Shown: positions 58,490-64,000 of the stretch, one piece after another
How positions within the stretch are numbered: position 1 is the stretch's first letter
Layout: each line of letters begins with the position of its first letter
From: Candidatus Doudnabacteria bacterium
GTDB lineage: Bacteria; Patescibacteriota; Doudnabacteria; UBA920
Direction: 5' to 3'
DNA: 64,000 nt
Assembly: GCA_963837465.1 (NCBI GenBank)
Contig: CAWINB010000004.1
Span: 330,853-394,852, forward strand
Made by a program: the position numbers and the translations under genes
Notes under the pieces: generated by a model
Seen by the model: the letters and a program-made list of their open reading frames with translations, nothing else
What the model was told of the DNA's origin: nothing
Databases searched by the model: none

Positions 58490-59072
58490 ATGACCGGCTA
58501 CAAAGATGTTTTGGGTATTGTTACTTTATTAATCGCAGTAGTCAGCTACAGTTTTTATTTTAAAGATGTCTTTTTGGGCCATACCAGGCCGCAGCCTTTT
58601 TCTTGGTTTGTTTGGTCAGTCCTTTCTGCCGTAGCCTTTGCCGGCCAAATTGCCTCAACTGCCGGGCCGGGCGCTTGGATTACGGGATTTACTGCCAGTG
58701 GTGTGCCTTATCATTTCCGTAATAGCTTCCTTTAAAGGAGCAACGCAATTTAAAATTTTAGACTGGATTTCGCTGTTTGCGGCTTTAGCGGCGCTCCTGC
58801 TTTGGTATTGTACAAGGCAGCCGGTTTTGGCAGAGATGTTGGTAAGCGCGGCTTATGCGCTAGGTTTTATCCCAACCATTGTAAAAAGCTACAACAAGCC
58901 CCAAGAAGAAACGGCTACCACCTTTGGGCTAAATTCCATTAAGTTTGGCATTTCCATTTTTTCCTTAACCGTTTTTTCCGTTGCCACCTGGCTGTATCCG
59001 CTGACACTTTTTGTCTTAAATGGTTTATTTGCCATTATGCTGTTAGCGCGCCGTCAGCAAACGGCTGGTTGA
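58490..59072 (+). pseudogene. Multi-pass membrane protein with an apparent +1 frameshift near 58700
   Basis: ORFs 58445..58735 and 58638..59072 are both hydrophobic. Together they read as one protein if one base is skipped around actgccagtggtgtgcc. Confidence 0.45.
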
Positions 59073-59168
59073 ATTAAAAGCAGGTTCTAGCTTAAAATCT
59101 GCCCGGCTATACGGAATATTGTGCCAAAGCGCATTGGTCCCTCATGTCGGCGATTTTCTAAATTAGTC

Positions 59169-59612
59169 ATGAATCCCATAATTTTCCTTATCCTCAATCT
59201 GGCTTTAGCCTTTTATAACGTCGGTACCATCTGGGCCATGGAAGTGGATATTTTCCGCTCCTGGAAACTTGCGGGCGCTGATTTTCCCAAAGTCCAGGAA
59301 GTTCACTGGCGAAAACTTCCTTATTGGGTTTTTGCTCCGGTAGTTTCGGCCCTTTTAGGCGGCATCGTGCTGGTTTGGCATCACCCGGCCAACTCGCCAG
59401 CTTGGGGATACTTCGGAGCTTTGCTGTGCCAAGCCGCCTCTTTAATTTTAACCGCCATCTTTTGGGGGCAGTGGCAGGCAAAGCTGTCCAAAGATCCGCT
59501 CGGTCCTAACTGTTTGTACTTGCAGAAAATTTTAGCCACCCACTGGATCAGAACCTTGCTTGTCAATGCCTATGCTTTTATCTTGCTGGCATGGATGGTA
59601 AAAATCATATAA
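59169..59612 (+). CDS. Hypothetical four-helix membrane protein
   Basis: 147 aa from the ATG at 59169. Confidence 0.45.
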   Translation: MNPIIFLILNLALAFYNVGTIWAMEVDIFRSWKLAGADFPKVQEVHWRKLPYWVFAPVVSALLGGIVLVWHHPANSPAWGYFGALLCQAASLILTAIFWGQWQAKLSKDPLGPNCLYLQKILATHWIRTLLVNAYAFILLAWMVKII

Positions 59613-59668
59613 CCCGCGAAGGCTATTTAATGAAACAATAAAATCTAAATTACTAATCCAGAAAAGAA

Positions 59669-59788
59669 ATTGCAGGCTTTAGGGACAAAGCGATCCACGA
59701 CTATGCCGGCCTTCATGCCGGGATAGTTTGGGAAACCATCCAAACGGATTTAAAACCACTACAAACAGCCTTGTTAAAAGTATCATAA
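59669..59788 (+). pseudogene. HepT/DUF86 C-terminal remnant
   Basis: IAGFRDKAIHDYAGLHAGIVWETIQTDLKPL retains R-x4-H-x-Y but has no N-terminal half and no start. Confidence 0.55.
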
Positions 59789-59935
59789 GAGCTAAAAGTT
59801 GATATTTTTGACAGGCTGTTTTGTTTTCTCAAAAATGCTATAATGTAATTACTAATTGTTATCTCAACTGGAGATAAAAGCCTCTTTTCAAACTAAATAG
59901 TGACTCCTGCAACACAGTTCCTACGTCGGGGTGAA

Positions 59936-59947
59936 CACCTCCTTTCT
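59936..59947 (+). repeat. att core copy 6 (cacctcctttct), distal boundary of the array
   Basis: 12/12 identical to the 16S tail. Preceded by gtcggggtgaa (compare 16S gtcgtggat). Followed by unique sequence and the LCP gene. Confidence 0.7.
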
Positions 59948-60017
59948 TTCGCACATTTTTATATTTGTTCAGACCCTAAGTTTATTGGGAAACTAAGGGT
60001 TATTCAAAAGGTCTATT

Positions 60018-61226
60018 ATGAAAGTCTATGAAGTCTCCGATTCCCAGCAGCCAAATGCCGCTCCAAAAATAAATTACACCAGCGAGCCTACTCCAAAAGC
60101 AACCGGCAAACGGCAGGTTTCCCTTGTCGGCCCCAAAATAATTATCGGGACTATTGTTTTTGTGTTTTTATTGCTGGTCGGCAGCGCCTATGCTTTTCTT
60201 TCGCATTCCCTGTCGCGTACCAGCAAGAGTTTTAAAAATGGCCAGGCCATCAGTTTGGCTTCTTTCGCGGCGGCGGCAAATACCAAGCTTATGGGGGAAG
60301 ACCAGGATCGCACCAATGTTATGATTTACGGGCTAACCGCGGACGGGCTTCGCACCGACACAATAATTTTGGCCTCGTACTACTGGAATGAACGCAAGTT
60401 GGTCATGCTTAACATCCCCAGGGATTTGTACGCCAACTACGACAACCATGATACAAAGATTGTTTCCCTGTACGCCATTGCCAAAGACGCGGATCCGGGG
60501 GACGAGAGCTATCCCCCCCAGTACGTCAGCGACTTTATTTCCAAGGAATACGGCATCCCCGTAGATTACTGGGTCGTTGCCAATATGAATGCCTTTAAAC
60601 AGCTGGTAGATTCCGTTGGCGGCGTAACCATAAATGTGCCAGACTCTTTTACCGATTATGAGTACCCAACTGACGATTACAGCGGCTACATCCGTCCCGC
60701 TCCCCATTTTAGCGCCGGCGTTCAGACCATGGACGGCGCCACGGCGCTTATTTACGCCCGCAGCCGCCATGCCGCCGGGCCGGAAGGCACGGACTTTGCC
60801 AGGAGCAGGCGCCAGCAGGTTATTATAGAGGCGATTTTAAGCAAACTTAAGCAGCAGGGAGCGTTAACCGATGCGACCAAGCTTGATTCCTATCTGCAAA
60901 TTTTTGGCAGCAATGTTTTTACCGATATGACGCCGGCCGAACTGATTAAATCCGGCCAGCTGGCCGGCCAGCTGAATTTATCGCAGGACGTTATTACTGC
61001 CAACTGGAGCAATGATATTGGTTTTTTGTGTGATTCCACGGACGCGGGAGGTTCTTACGTGCTTCGTTACGGCGTTTTGGGCAACTGCACAGGAGCGGCC
61101 GGCGACAACGACAGCTCCCCATACAGGCAACAGGCCGTTAATTATGTACAGAACCTTTTACAGAGCGCGGAACCTCCGGTTTCAACCAGCACGGCCACCA
61201 GCGCCACAACTACCTCGCCTGACTGA
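60018..61226 (+). CDS. LytR-CpsA-Psr (LCP) family protein
   Basis: N-terminal TM anchor. RTNVMIYGLTADGLRTDTIILASYY...LNIPRDLY and ALIYARSRH motifs. Confidence 0.85.
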   Translation: MKVYEVSDSQQPNAAPKINYTSEPTPKATGKRQVSLVGPKIIIGTIVFVFLLLVGSAYAFLSHSLSRTSKSFKNGQAISLASFAAAANTKLMGEDQDRTNVMIYGLTADGLRTDTIILASYYWNERKLVMLNIPRDLYANYDNHDTKIVSLYAIAKDADPGDESYPPQYVSDFISKEYGIPVDYWVVANMNAFKQLVDSVGGVTINVPDSFTDYEYPTDDYSGYIRPAPHFSAGVQTMDGATALIYARSRHAAGPEGTDFARSRRQQVIIEAILSKLKQQGALTDATKLDSYLQIFGSNVFTDMTPAELIKSGQLAGQLNLSQDVITANWSNDIGFLCDSTDAGGSYVLRYGVLGNCTGAAGDNDSSPYRQQAVNYVQNLLQSAEPPVSTSTATSATTTSPD

Positions 61227-61445
61227 CTTTTAAGACATAGCTTAATAATCAAATATGTCGCAAACCCCGTAAAATCAATATCTCCATTAATTTAAGTCTT
61301 AAAGGCCAGTAAGCCTTGGCCAATCCATCATCTTCCATGTCCACGCGGGACTGCCCCGGGCCATAGGCTTCCGGCGGCGCGAGTATTGGATTTGTCCCTT
61401 AATAACCCGGTTTTAAACCAGGCTCCGTTGTGATATTATAGAGTC

Positions 61446-62165
61446 ATGTTGAAAATACAGCAGCTTACCAAAAAATTTGGAAACAAAATTGCCTTAAATA
61501 ACGCGGATTTGGAAATAAAATCCGGGGAAGTTTTTTGTCTTATTGGACCCAACGGCGCCGGTAAATCCACACTGGTTAAAATTGTGGCCGGGTTGCTGCA
61601 ACCCAGTTCCGGACAGGTTAGCGTGGAAGGGTTTGACTCGGTTAAAGATCCGGAAAAAACCAAAGCCCGGCTTGGCTATATTCCGGACGAACCCACGGTC
61701 TGGAGCGCTGTTACCGGAGGTGAATTTTTGCGGATTGTGGGCGCGCTATACGGTATAAGCGCCCAAAGGCTTGGGGAAAAAATTCCCGCGCTCCTTTCCG
61801 TGTTCGGCTTAGAAAATATAGAGCAGGATTACTTTGAAGATTACTCACGTGGCAACAAGCAAAAATTTTCTATTTTGGCGGCACTGCTGCACAGCCCAAA
61901 TTTTTTACTGGTAGATGAGCCCATAGTCGGCCTGGATCCCACGAGCGCCGAAATCGCCAAAGTCCAATTTTCGGAATTCGCGAAAAACGGCGGCGGTGTT
62001 TTGATGGTCACCCATACCTTGAGTGTAGCCCAGGCTATTGCCGACCGCATAGGTTTTTTGGAAGACGGCCGGCTGAAAGCCGTAGGCAGTATGGCGGAAC
62101 TGCGTTTAAAAGCCGGCTTGCCGGAAACCTCCTCCTTAGAAGAAGTTTATAAAAAGCTGGTTTAA
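61446..62165 (+). CDS. ABC transporter ATP-binding protein
   Basis: Walker A GPNGAGKST, signature YSRGNKQK, Walker B LLLVDEP. Confidence 0.9.
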   Translation: MLKIQQLTKKFGNKIALNNADLEIKSGEVFCLIGPNGAGKSTLVKIVAGLLQPSSGQVSVEGFDSVKDPEKTKARLGYIPDEPTVWSAVTGGEFLRIVGALYGISAQRLGEKIPALLSVFGLENIEQDYFEDYSRGNKQKFSILAALLHSPNFLLVDEPIVGLDPTSAEIAKVQFSEFAKNGGGVLMVTHTLSVAQAIADRIGFLEDGRLKAVGSMAELRLKAGLPETSSLEEVYKKLV

Positions 62166-62198
62166 TTTTCGGTCAGAACTTACGCAATCAGTCCAAGG

Positions 62199-62349
62199 CC
62201 AGGGGTAGCCGGAAAATTTTTTTGCCTTCGTCTTGCCCAGAAGCTAGCTTAAAAATAGTTTGCAGCCCAAAAGATTTATAAGACAGGTTCTAGTTAAATC
62301 CTTGCAGGGCAAGACGTGAGGCAAAACAAATTTATCCGCCAACCCCTGG
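62199..62349. repeat. Long imperfect inverted repeat between the ABC ATPase and permease genes
   Basis: ccaggggtagccggaaaatttttttgccttcgtcttgccc (62199-62238) vs gggcaagacgtgaggcaaaacaaatttatccgccaacccctgg (62307-62349). The ends are perfectly complementary (ccagggg, gtcttgccc). Confidence 0.6.
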
Positions 62350-62430
62350 CTCACGGTCGGGCGCGGAAGCCATGCGCCAACCTTAATTTCAATAACTAAG
62401 CTCGTCCAAAACGGGCAAATCGGCAGGCAA

Positions 62431-64000
62431 ATGCTAAAATTTTTGTGGCAGATAAATTTAAGGCGCTTGCGCCGCTATTTCCGGAAAAATTTTCTGGCCA
62501 AAGCCGTTACCACGGCTATGTTCGCGCTCGTCTTTTGCGGCGTGGCAGGGGGTATTTACGAGTTTTTTTACCGCGGGTTTTTATACTTAAAAACTTTTCC
62601 TTATTTTAGGTCGGCGCTGATGCTGTATTCGTTTGAGATCTTTTTTTTGCTGACTTGTTTTTTAATCTGGCTGGGCTCGGTCATCTCTTTGTTGTTCGGC
62701 TTGTTTAAAAACGGGCGCTCCAATTTTATTATGGCCACGCCAAAATTCGGGACGCTGCGGATTTATACTCTCTGTTCAAGTTTGCTGTCATCAGTCTGGA
62801 TTTTATTGTTTGTTCTGGCTCCGGCGCTGTGGGCCGGGGAGGTGGTTTTTCATAGCGGTTTTTGGGCTTTTATTTTGGAGATGCTGGCCTGCCTGCTGAT
62901 AATTATTTTCTCGGTTTTACTGGCTTACGTCATGATTTTAGGCACGGCTTATATTTGGAGGTTTTTGCTTAAATCCGGCCCTGGGTTTTTGGGATTGGCG
63001 CTGTGCCTGGCCATTTTGACTTTTATGATATTCGGTGTAGTGGCAGCTAAAATTTCCCATAACGATATTGTCGCGATTTTGAGCACGGAAGATTTAAAAT
63101 TAAGCCAGGCTCCGCTTGGTCCTGTGCTGCAAAGTTTTAAATTATTGCCCACCAGCATGGCGGCCCAGATTGTGACTTTCGGCCAGTTGGGAGAGCTGGG
63201 AAAAACTTCCAGTTGTTTTGCCGTCCTGGCGCTTTTGATAATTATTGAGTTGCTGCTGACCTGGCTTTTGGGAAAAGCTTTTTTGCCGCTGTGGCAAAGC
63301 CTGGCGGAGAGCGGCGGGGCGGCCCGCGGGCGGCCCGGGAATAAAATCCCAAAATCAAACTTGCTGAATTCCCCGTTTGGCGCTGTGCTGTATAAAGAAA
63401 AAATACAACTGTTCCGTAATCCCAAAAACGCTTTTTGGCTGATGTTTTTGCTGCTGCTGTGGCTGAGCTATATTGGTTTTACCCTGACTTTTCAGCTGCG
63501 CTTGCGCAAAGACAGTGACCAGATAAGCCAGCTGCCCAATATTATTTTGGCTGTCCAACTGCTGGTTTTGGTTTATTTTGTCAGCGCGCTGTGTTTGCGT
63601 TTCGTGTTTCCTTCGTTTTCTTCCGAGCGTAATACCGCCTGGATTTTTGCCTGTTCGCCTCTGCGTTTGGGTCGGCTGTTGTGGGCCAAGTTTTGGTTTT
63701 TTGCCCTGACGTTTGGAGGATTCGCATTGTTGGCGGAAGCTGTCAATGTTTTATTGCTCAAGCTGCCAGGCGGCCAGGCCGGACTATTTTTAACATTGGG
63801 ACTGACAACAGTTTTTACGCTCTGCGCTTTGGGTCTGTATTTTGGGGTCAAATTTGCCAATTTTGAAACTGACGATCCCCAGGCTTTGGGCACCTCCGTT
63901 CCCGGCCTGATCTTTATGCTTTGCGCCGTAATCTATGGAGCCTTGTCCGCCTACGTTTATTATGTTTTTTTATCCGCCGCTTTGCCGGCGCTGCCCGTGA
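62431..64000 (+). CDS. Polytopic membrane protein, probable ABC permease partner (partial, runs off the window)
   Basis: Open frame from the ATG at 62431 to the window end, not in the track because it has no stop. Many hydrophobic helices, directly downstream of the ATPase. Confidence 0.55.
   Translation, partial: MLKFLWQINLRRLRRYFRKNFLAKAVTTAMFALVFCGVAGGIYEFFYRGFLYLKTFPYFRSALMLYSFEIFFLLTCFLIWLGSVISLLFGLFKNGRSNFIMATPKFGTLRIYTLCSSLLSSVWILLFVLAPALWAGEVVFHSGFWAFILEMLACLLIIIFSVLLAYVMILGTAYIWRFLLKSGPGFLGLALCLAILTFMIFGVVAAKISHNDIVAILSTEDLKLSQAPLGPVLQSFKLLPTSMAAQIVTFGQLGELGKTSSCFAVLALLIIIELLLTWLLGKAFLPLWQSLAESGGAARGRPGNKIPKSNLLNSPFGAVLYKEKIQLFRNPKNAFWLMFLLLLWLSYIGFTLTFQLRLRKDSDQISQLPNIILAVQLLVLVYFVSALCLRFVFPSFSSERNTAWIFACSPLRLGRLLWAKFWFFALTFGGFALLAEAVNVLLLKLPGGQAGLFLTLGLTTVFTLCALGLYFGVKFANFETDDPQALGTSVPGLIFMLCAVIYGALSAYVYYVFLSAALPALPV

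Larger units (their letters stand above)
51859..59935 (+). mobile_element. Integrase-less, heavily decayed unit U5 (about 8.1 kb)
   Basis: Lies between cores 5 and 6. Contains a sigma-like pseudogene, a MITE, a truncated IS3, a Panacea TA module, gene fragments and a block of metabolic/membrane genes. It could instead be partly ancestral chromosome. Confidence 0.3.

Noticed and set aside
61230-61445. Possible riboswitch upstream of the ABC transporter (ggcca gtaagcct tggcc hairpin, G+C-rich stretch 61340-61390)
   Set aside because: I could not match it to any riboswitch consensus I know (for example guanidine-I/ykkC), and I could not draw a convincing multi-stem fold. I left it as unexplained intergenic sequence.
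57640-62295. The nonamer aggttctag recurring in three intergenic regions (57648, 59086, 62285)
   Set aside because: There are only three short copies, with no consistent distance to -10 boxes or start codons. This is insufficient to call a regulatory motif.

Overview
This window looks like a single-rrn, moderately AT-rich bacterial chromosome, probably Candidate Phyla Radiation/Patescibacteria. That placement is inferred from a 16S gene with a ~97-nt AT-rich expansion hairpin, an atypical 515 region, no 23S after the 16S, many small genes and a DGR.

Positions 1-15.6 kb and 60-64 kb carry ordinary core genes: sod, rny-ymdB, nusA, clpP, yraN, an LCP protein and an ABC transporter. They also carry toxin-antitoxin pairs and two IS insertions.

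The main result lies between the 16S 3' end (17861) and 59947. This ~42 kb appears to be five integrative units stacked in tandem. Every junction carries the anti-Shine-Dalgarno heptamer CACCTCC.

Three units begin with their own copy of the 16S 3' tail. That copy is followed by a structured 16S trailer mimic, a terminator and a tyrosine recombinase gene. Two units lack an integrase and have a short left end.

Cargo in the array:
- a type III R-M system
- a complete diversity-generating retroelement (26 adenine-specific TR/VR differences)
- an m5C type II R-M system
- BrnTA, AbiE and Panacea-type toxin-antitoxin modules
- a ParB-like gene
- decayed IS256 and IS3 copies and a MITE

Several candidate structured RNAs and homopolymer tracts are also flagged. 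All calls come from reading the sequence and the ORF track by eye. No database search was run.
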